Assembly (NCBI RefSeq): GCF_018977255.1
Contig: NW_024704743.1
Coordinates: forward strand, 42,720,001-42,784,000
Reading direction: 5' to 3'
Source: Callorhinchus milii
Lineage: Eukaryota
DNA length: 64,000 nt
Shown in pieces: positions 52,140-64,000 of this stretch. The notes below the pieces were generated by a model. That model was not told the origin of the DNA and did not search any database. It worked only from the letters and a program-made list of their open reading frames with translations. Made by a program: the position numbers and the translations under genes. Numbering within the stretch: position 1 is the first letter of the stretch; each line of letters begins with the position of its first letter.

Positions 52140-53120
52140 ATGTCCTCAGGTCCTTGATCTCTTTGCCATCTTTGACACTGGTGACCATTCCAACTTCCAA
52201 CCTTCTTTATTGTCTCTTCTCCCTGACACACATCTGAGGTTTTGCACTTTCCTAGTTTGACTTCTACTTGTGCCAATATCTTGACTTTGTTTAATCAAAT
52301 GGCTTCTCCTCCTTGCCCCACATAGTCAGGTACTATGTGTTCCTCAGACTTTTATCCTTAGTCCTCTCCTCTCCATCATTCATTTGTTCTCCAATGGGGA
52401 CATCATCTAGAGGCATTGGATCCACCTCCATATGCATGCAGATGACACCGAACTCTACTTTTCAGTCTCCATTTTTCAACTCCAGGTCCCTATTATCCTG
52501 ACAGTTTGGCATGATTAACATCAAGACCTGGATGAGAGGTAAGTTTCTCCAACTCACCATAGAAGTAGAGTCCCGTAGCGTAGTGACTCTACTTTGTGCT
52601 CTCCTGCGTACTCGCCCCGCAAGCGAGAGGACCCGGGTTCCATTCCTGAATGGGGCAAAACATGCCTCTGTTTACCTAGAAGTAAGTAGGAACCCAGATG
52701 TTAGTCACTTTCCCTGGGTAATAACCTCAAAAAAAATTTGGGTCACTTAATCCGCAACTGTTCTGTGGGACACTGTTGTGCACAATCGGTTGCCGCATTT
52801 TCGCGCATTGAAATGACTCAATGTTATGATAAAGTGCCTTATCAAATGCAAGGATTATTATTTTATTATCAAACAAAATTAATGCTATTCTGCTCATCCT
52901 CCAACAATGCCTCATCACATCAGGTACTGACCAAATCAACATCGTTGGTTACTCACAACTCAGAGTCTTGATGTCCAGGTTCATCTAGAACTCAACCAAA
53001 GACCCATCTATTTGAGTACACTTTCAGCCATTAGCCCTTCCCAGCTCGGGCTCTCATCTTCACTTTAAGGTGGTCTTCCAATGTTAAACACACTAGATAA
53101 GTGCAAATTGTTGTTGTTGA
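52140..53120 (+). mobile_element. Old L2 fragment with nested older SINE (~52567-52866)
   Basis: HADDTELY-like remnant (CATGCAGATGACACCGAACTCTAC); SINE body and tail inside; TTGTTGTTG end. Confidence 0.65.
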
Positions 53121-54499
53121 TGGTGGTGGGGAACAGATAAAATGCATTGTTTGTGCTTTTAATGGCTAGAATTATGTCTTGTACCATGGACTAACTCTTA
53201 TTTATTGGGATCAATTCAGTGATACAGTCAATATTTATCACATCTATTGCAACCTTGGATATGCCAGAGCTGGTCCCCAGATGTTGTTCTGAATAGCGAT
53301 GTTTGAATTTCGGTTTACAGATCGTGGTATTGATTGCAGATTTGTGGCAACCTGGCTTTTTACTGAACCAGAACTCAGGACTAGCTGGTCTCCTGTGAAC
53401 CAGCAGCCGTAACTGCAATGTTGACGTTTGGGCTTCACAAGCGTGACTATTGTGAAGCATTGACAAGTGCTTTGAGACTTCCTCCCAATGTGAGAGGCAC
53501 TATATAAATGTAAATTGTATTATATTGAGAGTGACATTGAGAGTTTTTGCCCGCAGCACTCACAGGCACATTCAATGTGATATAAAAAAAGAAACGTATC
53601 ACTAAATGATTCCATTATCACTTATTTTTATTAATTTATTAATTCTATCAAAAGAAAAAAAAACTGAATGGAGATTACATTCCTTGACATTGATCTTTAT
53701 AAGCTTTAATTTTATACACATATATATGCTTATTATATTGTTAATACAAGTTGCAACATGACTTCCAGCTGACTAGAGATTTAGAGCAGGAAACATTATT
53801 ATACTCATCTGCTCCCAAGCACTTTTGTAATGGACAGAGAGCTTTAAGCATTCACAACCCACATTCTCTCAGGAACTTTCCAACTTCACGTTTCTTTAAA
53901 AGTTTCAAAATAGGTTGGAATTGGCTGCAGTGAAACCCAATTTATATTGCGGCAGATGGCATTGATTCCACTCAGCAGAGCTCGGATTCCAATCAATGCT
54001 CCTTAAATCAGATTTATACTGCACTTTTAGAATTGGAGTTTGGGTGCTGAATGGACATTGCAAGTGCAATATGAACGGGTCATACTTATGACATTCCAAG
54101 ATCTCACAAAAAAAGGATTTATGAAATCAATGTTAGTGAATATAATTATTTATAAGTATATGATTTGGCTTATTTTTGCCAAGTATATGTCCTACCTTTA
54201 TATTTGTAGCATTGAACAAACTGAAGGAGAATAAGAAATTAAGATGGGAAGCCTCCGCAAATGATTGCATAGCTTGAAGAGAAGGCTTACCACATTAATG
54301 ACAATATCATTTGTGATTTGTGTTGCAAAATACATATTTTTATTTTTGGTGCATTGTCGTGATTATCAAGGAGGGCTTCCAGAGATGAGAAAAGAAACAT
54401 TTCTATCCTGTGGTTCCTCTGAATGAGATTGACAATTTAGATTTCCAAATCAGAGTCAACTTCCAGCGCAGTTGTTTGATCTTGATCCAAATCTTGGTC

Positions 54500-55500
54500 A
54501 CAGAGGTTAAGTAGCACTATGCAAACCGACTGCAGTCTTTGTCTCCTCATCCTACAAAGTCTAGATTTAATCCTTTCTATAATTGCTACATCTTCCATTT
54601 TATCTATCCAAGATTGAAGACTTACCTCTATCTGGAATTTCCAATTATGGAATATTGCTTTTCTTACCACTTTCAGTATTATTGAGATAAATCTGATTTC
54701 ATGGTCTGGCTCATATGCTTTCAAGAGATCCTAAAATGCATAGTTGCAGAGTGTATCATCACCAGTATATTTACAGATAATGTATTGTCCTGGTCAAAAA
54801 TGCAGCAACCTATCACTAAACTATATTATGTGAAGTGTAATTATTTTATTCTTAATCGTATCCCCAGGAACTGTCATTGAATTTCATATCAAACTGATGC
54901 ATAATAATATTAATTTGCTATTTGTGGTTGAATTAGTTTTAATCCGAGATTTAGTGTTGCTGCAGATATATTTGAGTTTATCTACCTATCTCCACTGAAC
55001 AAATGCAATACTCAGTTCTAAATCCCCATGTGTAATATAGAACAGCAGTTTTTTCACAGTGGAATTAAGGAATTTATAGAAGCTTCTATTAAAATAATTT
55101 ATCTATGTTCCGGTGGAATCTATATTATCCAATTAACAACCTGGATTAATTGGAGTCTACACAAAACGCGCTTTTCAGTTCTAAACATTCACTGGTTGAA
55201 ACGAGTCGTTGTCCCCCTGGTGCCAGATTCTTCTTTGCTCCTAGTTATATGTAAATAGCAAAGTCACAATCTTCTCAATCAAAAGCCAAGAAACAATTAT
55301 TTTCTTCCTGATCAACATCTTCTGAGGGAGAGAGTGTTATATCTCTATGGTACTGTATGTCCAATTCAAGGCTAGCCTGGCCATCATTAAAAATGGGCTG
55401 AACATATCTTTGGTAACTTCTTTGCAACAAAAATATTCCAACCCTCTCAAACTCTATCTCTGGAATTCAATCTCTACCATTCTGGAGAGTGTTGTACTCC
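54500..55500 (-). mobile_element. Decayed L1-clade ORF2 C-terminal region
   Basis: Minus strand IILKVVRKAIFHNWK...SLQSWIDKMEDVAIIERIK resembles fish-type L1 C-termini (ARKxIxxxWK...W...M...E). The upstream boundary is approximate. Confidence 0.6.
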
Positions 55501-56124
55501 AGTAGTGCTACCAGTTGCAGAACATCTGCCAGGATCTCCCAACATACCATATAACATCTGGTGCAGTCAGATCCAATAGTCACTCTGCAGAACTGGCTAA
55601 ATGTTTCCTAGTCATTCTTTTTTCTGGGTTATATAATAATAATAATAATAATAATAACAATAATAACAATAATTGCATTTGGTATAGCACCTTATCACAT
55701 CATTGAGGCATCTCAAAGTGCTTCATGGAATATAGTGTGTAAATTGGATTGACACTTTATTTGGGGGAGAAACGTGGCAGCAAAAAGTCGTGGAGTGAGT
55801 GACCAAATTATTATTATTTATTTATTCTGAGGGATTATTATCCCCAGAAAGCAATCCGCCAATCAGCTAACAATCAGGTTCCTACTTCCTGCGAGGTGCA
55901 CAGAGGAGTGTATTGAGTAAACAATTTTTTAAATATAAAATATTATTGTTTAAATTTTCTACATTAAAAGAATGATACACATGTCAATTAAGAAATCCTG
56001 ATTTATCTTTGGTGTAAAATTTGTCTTCACAGTATCCCTTTCTCCCCAAAGGCACAGTGGAGGAGCCTGTCAGTTTCTATTTCTACCTGATAACTGAGGG
56101 AGCATTCTTTCACAACAGTTTTGA

Positions 56125-56449
56125 GTGGAGTCCTGTAGCTCAGTGGTTAGAGCACTCACTTTGCAAGCGAGAGACCTGAGTTCAATTCCAGGCAGGTCAG
56201 GGCGAAACCTTGGGCAAGTTTCCTTACTCCACACAGAGCCTAATAATAATCTCTCCAAAAAAACCAAAACCAATAATAAATTGGTCATTTTCAATCTACG
56301 ACTGTTTATGGGACATTGCTGTGCGCAATTGGCTGCCGCGTTCGCCCACAAATATACAGTCAATTCACTTTACAGTGTGTTCTGTGAAGCGCTTTGGAAC
56401 ATCCTCCCAATGTGAAAAGCGCTATATCAAATGCAAGGATTATTATTAT
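56125..56449 (+). mobile_element. tRNA-derived SINE, young subfamily, full length
   Basis: tRNA-Ala(TGC)-like head with A and B boxes, short central domain, L2-like 3' stem-loop and (TTA)n. Confidence 0.95.
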
Positions 56450-57031
56450 CAGGTAATTTGCTCCCCGTTATAATTTGATAAAAGAATATATATTTGTAGA
56501 CCACTTTTTGCATCAAAATGTTAATTGGTATCTGAGTCTCTTAGCACTGGAGGATTTGCTACCTTCTTGAGTAAGATGCCTACTGTATAAATGTTAAAAA
56601 CAGGCTAGAGTATTTGTTTTGAAAGCAGTCTTGCTTTTTGGGACACAAGATTGTGGGTTCAACCACAACATCAGAAATCAAGGTCACAACTGGAGTGACA
56701 CTTCAGTGCATTACTGGGGTCCTTTGCATTAACAGAGCTGACATCCTTTGGATGAAACATTAAACAGTAGACCTGTTCAGCTGGGTGTTAAAGATCCCAT
56801 GGACATTATTTAAAAGGAAACAGGAAGTTGTCGTTAAACCCGCCAGAGCAGTCATTCAATTTATGTTTATGAGGACCTGTGGTGCACAATATAGCTGCTA
56901 GGTTTACCTACAAAAATGAATCACTACACTTGACAACAATGACTGTGAAGTGTTTTGAGTTGTTTTGATGTACAAGTTGCTATAAGAATGCAAGTTCTTT
57001 CTTGAAAAAACAATGTAGAAGCAGGAGTGAA

Positions 57032-57178
57032 GGTTCTCTGATCACCAATAAATTTACTGCCCTTGGAAAGTGGGCTTATCTCACGTAAGCACACTGGCAA
57101 GAGGGCTTATCTCAATCTCTGCTCACAACAGTAAACCTAACAACAGTAAACAGTCAATTTATCAATGATCAGAGAACC
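57032..57178. mobile_element. Short MITE-like element with 28-bp terminal inverted repeats
   Basis: GGTTCTCTGATCACCAATAAATTTACTG versus CAGTCAATTTATCAATGATCAGAGAACC (4 mismatches). Confidence 0.65.
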
Positions 57179-58612
57179 CCCATCCAACCCAACCCATAGG
57201 AATTATTAAGTAGGAAGCTTGCATGCAGAAAATAAGAAGCTTCAAACACAACTACAACAAGACAGTGAGTGGATTATCCATCCAGCGAAGCATCATTACT
57301 GGAGAAGAATGTTGAATCTGAAATGATTCAAATTGGATCACACTGCAGTGATATATTCGGGTATAACATGGGGCTTAAATGTAGTAATTGGTAACAAATA
57401 GAATTGGAATTTTCTGGATGTGGTAGAAGTAAACACTCCCCCCCACCCCCGCTGCAACCCCTTTAACTCCCCCTTAGCTACACTTAGACCAATCCAGATT
57501 TAGATTCTCCTGACCCCATTTCAAAAGCTATGATGTAGGCCCATCATTCTGTTGCTACTTGTTCATCTGGGAAGAGGTCCACTTCCTCTGGTTTTGTGCT
57601 GACCTCCATTGGTTGCGGTGTAACTAAATTCATATTGAAAGATATGAGATAGACTTTAATTCCAATGGTATTCGTGTCGGTTTTCCTTAGAAAAGGACTG
57701 GCACAGCTCAGAGTAAGAAATCCCAACCAGGGATGCACATTTTTCTTTGATGCTGGAGTCACATTTTATCAGCAGGCTTGCTTCTGAGATAAGAGGATAT
57801 GCATTCAGGTCAAAGCAATGTAGGAATAACCGAATGATAACAGACTAACTAAAAGCATTGGAGCCGTTTTATTTCCTAAATTAACCAACCCTTTTTAACT
57901 CACATATTTTGGTACAAAACCAGTTTATGGTATTTGATTTGTCATGATTGTATTTCTCATCTAATTCTACATTAATCATTGTGTACTTCTGCAGGACATA
58001 GATAACACTATGTTTAATTTTAAAATTCATTTCATTTTAGCATTTCAATGGCATGTGAATATACAGGGAGATTTTGTCTGCAGCAAAGCCATTTTATTTT
58101 ATATTATCTTTGTTAATTCAATTTTCCCAAGCAAACAACAATATTAGAATTTAAATGATATTTTAAGCATACTAAAACATGATATTCCCAGACAATACAA
58201 AATATACTGCTGGATCATTTTTCACCCTGGATATGTAATATTTTTATCAAAGAAAAAAAAATATTTATTTAAGAAGCCTTATAATCCTTGCATTTGATAC
58301 AGCACCTTGTCATGTCTTTGAGGCATCTCAAATAGCTTCACAGAATATACTGTAAAGTGTAGTAACTGTGTAAAAAATGTTTCCAAAATTATTGCTTTAA
58401 CCATTGCTTTATGTAGTAAGTTTGAATTGTTGTACTTTCTGGTCATTTTGGGGGCCTGAACTGTGACAGTTTTAACAGGACTTCTTAATAAGAAGTATAA
58501 GTGAAAACTCCTTCCAGGAACCTGCAACATTCAGTTCTGATTTATCATCATTCCAAAGGAAAAGAGCTTGGTGACTCTAAACCCGGGGTGAGTAAGTAGG
58601 CATGAGTCCTCC

Positions 58613-58631
58613 GGGACCACCAGGCGGCGAT
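58613..58631 (+). promoter_or_regulatory. CTCF-like motif (forward) in a small GC/CpG-rich patch
   Basis: GGACCACCAGGCGGCGAT fits the CTCF core. Confidence 0.45.
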
Positions 58632-59239
58632 GTGGCCAGGGGAGGCGCTGGGGCTAGGGGGGGGAAACGACCAACACACACTACTGTCTGTGCAGGGCAT
58701 GCAGCTGTCATCAGTAATACCTTCTTAAAGTTGACTATTAATAAATGCCTAAATTTGATCCCAAACTACCCCAATGTTATTTTATCCTGCTCTTGGTCTT
58801 TGAAAAGCCAGTATGTAAAGTAAATTTCAGCTATTATATGAAATCAATTCTAGTTTAGGGAATATTTCAATTTTTTTTGTTAGATTCTTCATTATTGTAT
58901 GATCTTTTCATTCTATTTTTGGTAACTCATAGTCACTATCATGAGGTAAAAATTGCTATTAGGGTTAAATAGATGTGAGATATTATATTAGAATTTTGCT
59001 CTGTCATTATTTGGCAGGGGTTACTCAGCTTTACAATGTAGTGGAAGCCATTATCTTCTTTTGAGAGCTGTAATGTCATTGATTATGCATTAATAATCTC
59101 ATAATGGCTTTCAATTCCAAGGCCTGAAATTTATCTGCAAATTAAAAGTTGCTGTACACATGACGAAAGTCCACAAAAACTAAAACTCAACTTTTCTGCT
59201 CCATTAAACCATTGTCAATTTTAGATCTGTTTCATAAAT

Positions 59240-59680
59240 AACAATAATAATAATCTTGCTTCTAATAATAATCTTCACATTTAATGCAGCACCTTTCCCT
59301 GTCAAGAGGATATCCGAAAGCACTTCACAGGATTTAAAGTGAAGTGCAGTGACTGTGTATTTTGTAGGCGAGCACAGCAGCCAAGTTGTGCAGAGCAAAG
59401 TCCTACAAACAGTCACGACATGAGTGACCAATTTTTATCTGGGGGATTGTTGGCCAGAACACCGGGAGAAACTTCCTTCTCTTTTCAATAGTGTCATGGG
59501 ATCTTTAACATTCATCTGAACATGCAAACGGAACCTCACTTTAGTGTCTCACCCGCAAGATACTCTAACAATGCAGCACTCCCCCAGCACTGTATTGGAG
59601 TGTCAGTCTAAACTGTGAGTTCAGAGTCCTAACGTGGAAACTGAGAGGCAAGACTGTTACCAACTGAGCCAAGCTGATAC
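59240..59680 (-). mobile_element. Deu-domain SINE, near full length (related + strand copy at ~56620-57000)
   Basis: Tail, AATAGTGTCATGGGATCTTTAACATTCATCTGAAC core and head ending CAACTGAGCCAAGCTGA. Confidence 0.8.
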
Positions 59681-60537
59681 CTGACAAATGTTAAACATCT
59701 GCAAAATCTGACAGTTTTACTCACAAAACAGAATACAATGTAGTCATAAAATGTAAATACATGCTAAACTTTGACCATAATGAAGAAATCAATTCAAATG
59801 AGGCACAATTATATCTACATCTTCTAATTGGGACAATGCACTTTGGCCATGAACATTATCTGCTCAAAAGGAATTCCAAAACGTCAAACCATTTGTATGA
59901 TTTTAGTTTTTTCAAACTCATTTGAATGTTTTCATTTAACATCAATGTTCCTCGATAGTGACAGTTTAAGGCATTGCCACCAATAGGGAATGAGGGGATT
60001 AGCAACCACAGTCACCCTGAGGAGTCGGATGCTAAATCACTCAGAAGCCTTTTTCAGCAGAAAGGAACTTTATTCATTAGGAAAGAGATCTGATATTCCG
60101 CATGGCCTCCAAGAAAAATCTTTGAAGATGGTTTTCTCCAGTTCTTAAAAAGACCTGCAGGGAATTAACTTCCAAGTAAACCTTAAATTGAAGAATTTTT
60201 CAAAATTCTGAACAACCTTAAGGCAATGGTTGTGCTCATGAAGATGAGAAATGTTTCAGCAAATACTGTGTCCAAGCAGGAGGTGAAAACGGTTCTGCTT
60301 TGACTGTTGAATGTTTTATTTTTCCCTGTATCACATCACGGAGATCTCGCAAAGCAAGACTGCCTATGGCAAAATTGACATCTCTGTGAGGAACATAAGA
60401 AAACAGGAGGAGGCCATTCAGCCCATCATGCCCATTCCACCAGTTTATTATATCTTGGCAGAACTTTTATTCCACTGACCTTTCGACATACCCCTTTATA
60501 CCTGTAGCTTGGGTGCTGTGTTTGTCACATTAGACTC

Positions 60538-60918
60538 GTGGAGTCCTGTGGTTAGAGCACTCGCTTTGCAAGCGAGAGACCTGAGTTCAATTCCAGGCAG
60601 AGGGCGAAACCTTGGGCAAGTTTCCTTACTCCACACAGAGCCTAATAATAATCCCTCCAAAACCAAAAACAATAATAAAGTGGTCATTTTCAATCTACGA
60701 CTGTTTGTGGGACATTGCTGTGTGCAATTGGCTGCCGCGTTCGCCCACAAATATACAGTCAATTCACTTTATAGTGTGTTCTGTGAAGCGCTTTGGGACG
60801 TCCTCCCGACGTGAAAAGCGCTATATCAAATGCAAGGATTATTATTATTATTATTATTATCCTCCCGATGTGAAAAGCACTATATCAAAAATGCAAGGAT
60901 TATTATTATTATTATTAT
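60538..60918 (+). mobile_element. tRNA-derived SINE, young subfamily, with 8-bp A-box deletion and a tandem second tail (60860-60918)
   Basis: GTGGAGTCCTGT^GGTTAGAGC lacks AGCTCAGT; CCTCCCGAxGTGAAAAGCxCTATATCAAA...(TTA)n occurs twice. Confidence 0.93.
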
Positions 60919-63479
60919 AGAAGTGTGGTAAATATTGTCCAGTGCACAAGCACCTCTCACCTTCAGGTGCACAACTATCTTCTTAAATTGCAAGTTTATT
61001 CACTGACACTGAAAGGTACATTTTTCAGAACAAATTTTCTCAAGCATTGACAAGCACTGTGGGATGTACAGAGGGTGGAATGGACACTGTATAAATGTAA
61101 ATTGTGTTGTAAATACATCTTTAGGGCTGATCAATACAAAATTACAGATCTTGGTAAATTGCATACTGAGTTAATACACTTCTAAATTAAATTGAGAGGC
61201 AAGTACAAATAATATGGGACACTGCCTAAGCTGATGTATAATGCTTGGAAATGGAAAACAACAGCTGATGCTAGTCATACCAGTCTGTAGATTTGTCCAT
61301 ATGAACAATATTATCTCCTCTTGTACTTTTTATAGGAATTCAATACAGTACTTCAGCGCCTTGGGACGTCTTCCTGACATAAAAAGCGCTCTATAAATGA
61401 AATTGTGTTGTTGTTGTTGTTGTTGCACTGCTTAGTTGTATTACATTAGTATCATTTCTTTCTTCTATTGTCACAATGTATATATCATCTGAAAAAAGTT
61501 AAAAATGGAAATAAAGTTGTGTTCTATAGATAGAGAGTTAGATTGAGTGATACCACATGGAAAAAGGCCATTTGGCTCAATTAGTTTGTACCAGTGTTTA
61601 GACTGCACTATTCCCTTCTCCCTCTTGTATGTGTAACACAGTGATAACACTTCACAGTGTATTGTGTGAGGCACTTTGTGACATCTCAATGACATGATGA
61701 GGCACTAATAATTAATAATTATAATCAAGTCCAAAGATTATTATTATTATTTTATAAATCTGCTCAAATTTTTTATATCCAAATATTAACTTTTTATTGG
61801 CATTAGATAGCAAAATATTTTTCTCTTTTTGTGTGCAGTTTTGGCTGTACATTTATTACTTTATGTAAGAAATACTGCAGTGCTCTTAAACAGCACATTT
61901 TTCTCCAGTACTTTGTGTTTGCAAGCATCATCTAATATCCCACTATCAAACACTGCAGACAGCTAATCATCAATCAACTTCTGAGTAGTCAAATGAAGTG
62001 TCACTGTTAGAATTGATATTTGTTTCATTCTTCAGCTCACTTCCTTCAGAACCCATTCAATTCCAGCTTTGCATGGTTATTTATAGTGACATATAATGGC
62101 ACGGCTTGTCTTTTGATCAATGGGAGGTGGAAATTTGGAATCCAGGTAAGTTTTTTTCTGTATGTTGTGCTGTGTTGTAAATTCAGGAATAACCATTGAA
62201 GCCCTTGTTTACAAGATTGCAAGAAGTTCGGAAGAAAAATGTCTTTCACCTCATTTGATCTCATCCTTCCCTCCCATCAAACCATCAAGCTGTGTTTTTA
62301 AAATGAGTCCAGCATTCATAACTCATTCCAGTAATTTATTATCCTTTAGGTAAAGACGTGTTTCCTGAAATTGCCCTTTGTAACCCCAAACCAGTCAGAT
62401 AGATACACTGTACAATTGGACTATGACTCTGGGAATCTACACTCCCCATTGTGGGCAATATAACCCAGTTCTCAAGTCTTGAGCATGGCAGAAAAACACA
62501 TCTACATCCATATTTTCTTCCTATGTTTAACAAGCCACCCAGCAAGTCTTCACTCGGTCTTCTGTTTTCAACGGAGAAAAAGGTCACCTTGGGTGACCAA
62601 TCTTTCAACATCTGTAAGAATCTGTCAGGTGAATTGGAATTCCAGTCCTGGTATTGTCTCTGTATATGTTTGACATTTGTCTGCTGGAATTCTTGAATTC
62701 TACACAAGGTGGTTACACTTGACTAACATCTGCAGTACATTATTTATGGATATCAGAGAAATTTAGAGACATTAATACACTTATTAATTAAAGTGTATGA
62801 ACTCGGTGTGGATGAACAGCGATCAAATTGCAAGTTATATTGCTGCACTATAATTATATTTTCTGAGCAATATTTTCTACAACAATTTTGTGTACATTAT
62901 TTTTGGACAGCAAATGGTTCTCTTGTTTTTTTTCTTTCCTTTTGGCACGGAATCAGACTCATTCGGTTCACTGAAAAAAATTACAGAATGTGACATTGGC
63001 AGTTTTGAGACATTTCATTTATTGCACTCAGCATTTATTTTGAATAGCAACGTGCAATCATCTGGAAGTTCACTGTCTGGTACCTGGCTTGGTTGAGGCA
63101 AAAGTAAACCCTTATCTGTTTGATCACTTATTCGTAAATGATTTAAAGCAACAGTAAGTATGCACTCCTCCCTCTTTCACATAACTTTGTCCCATTCCAT
63201 CACATCAAATTAGTCCTTTCAAATATCTGGTATAGTTCCGAAGTGAGAGATTTATTGTTAAGTGAAAGGCGCTATATAAATCCATGTTATTGTAATATTT
63301 TGCTCTTTATAGATTGTCTGTTTATCCTCTGTTCACAGAAGCAAGCATGTTGTAAATGATGAATATCTGTGTGCAGTATATGTTTGTAGACAGATGGATC
63401 CTGACTAGATTGTGTATTGTTATTCATTTCTCACTAATTTCCATTTATGTGCTCTGTTCCAATTTCTTGAATTCTCTGA

Positions 63480-64000
63480 GGCAACATTCTGGGTTTACCT
63501 GATCTACAGAATTCATCATTTTATACGTTTTGACAAAATCCCTTTAACATCCTTCTTTTTTGACCAAAACAATTATATTTCTCCAATCTTTCTTCCTATC
63601 CCTTTACACTTAGGCTCCATTATTGCTGTCTTCTCTACCCACACTAATGCAAGTTCTGTGTTCTGTATTTCTTTCTTCATCTATCAGTTTCTTATCGAGT
63701 CCCATGTTGTAGCCCTGATTCCTGTGGCTTTTAATTTAATTAAAAGACTTTCATGCAGAACTTTCTCTGAAGCTTTTGGAAAGTCTAAATAAACGATATC
63801 ATAAGGCATGCTGCTATCTATCTGTAACATCCTTAAAGAAGTTGAGAAGCTTTCTCAGGCATGATCGTTCCTTCTAAATCCATGCTGCCTTATTCAGTTA
63901 CGGCTAGCGAGATGCTTCTTCAAGCGTACCTCCAGAATAAATTCTACTATTTTACTTGTTCCTGATGTTAGGCTAATAAGCGTTTAATTAACTGGGTCAA
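63480..64000 (-). mobile_element. Old CR1 LINE RT fragment
   Basis: Minus strand IVYLDFPKASEKVLHE and QHGFRRNDH remnants. Confidence 0.75.

Noticed and set aside
56125..56200. tRNA-Ala(TGC)-like sequence (also at 1-139, 45656, 50400-50465, 60538)
   Set aside because: No proper acceptor stem, and each runs directly into a SINE body; these are SINE heads, not tRNA genes.
60509..60920. Recurrent ORFs (MESCSSVVRAL..., MGKFPYST...CKDYYYY) resembling a small gene family
   Set aside because: They are translations of the SINE; poly-Tyr comes from the (TTA)n tail.
1..64000. CRISPR arrays, rRNA genes, operons or other prokaryotic systems
   Set aside because: The sequence is intron-containing vertebrate DNA; no regularly spaced repeat-spacer array or rRNA similarity was seen.

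Overview
Repeat-rich vertebrate DNA, most likely from a cartilaginous fish. The L2/CR1 LINE and tRNA-SINE repertoire suggests a holocephalan such as elephant shark; this is inference, not proof. The only clear host gene is the 3' end of a glutamate decarboxylase on the + strand: its last two coding exons are at 1546-1635 and 2226-2399, and the residues fit the third vertebrate paralogue gad3 better than GAD1 or GAD2. The remaining ~61 kb has no recognisable protein-coding gene. It holds decayed L2 and CR1 LINEs, two tRNA-derived SINE families sharing a 3' module, many solo L2 tails, and relics of Gypsy, Tx1 and L1 elements. It also holds palindromic MITE-like elements, CTCF-like motifs and AT-rich unique blocks that may be enhancers. 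The most notable unexplained structures are a Helitron-like element with both termini (34317-34909), three short local near-identical duplications, palindromes in the GAD 3' region, an SGNH-esterase relic and one candidate 96-bp exon. I found no convincing wholly new biological system. Repeat boundaries are approximate, read by eye.
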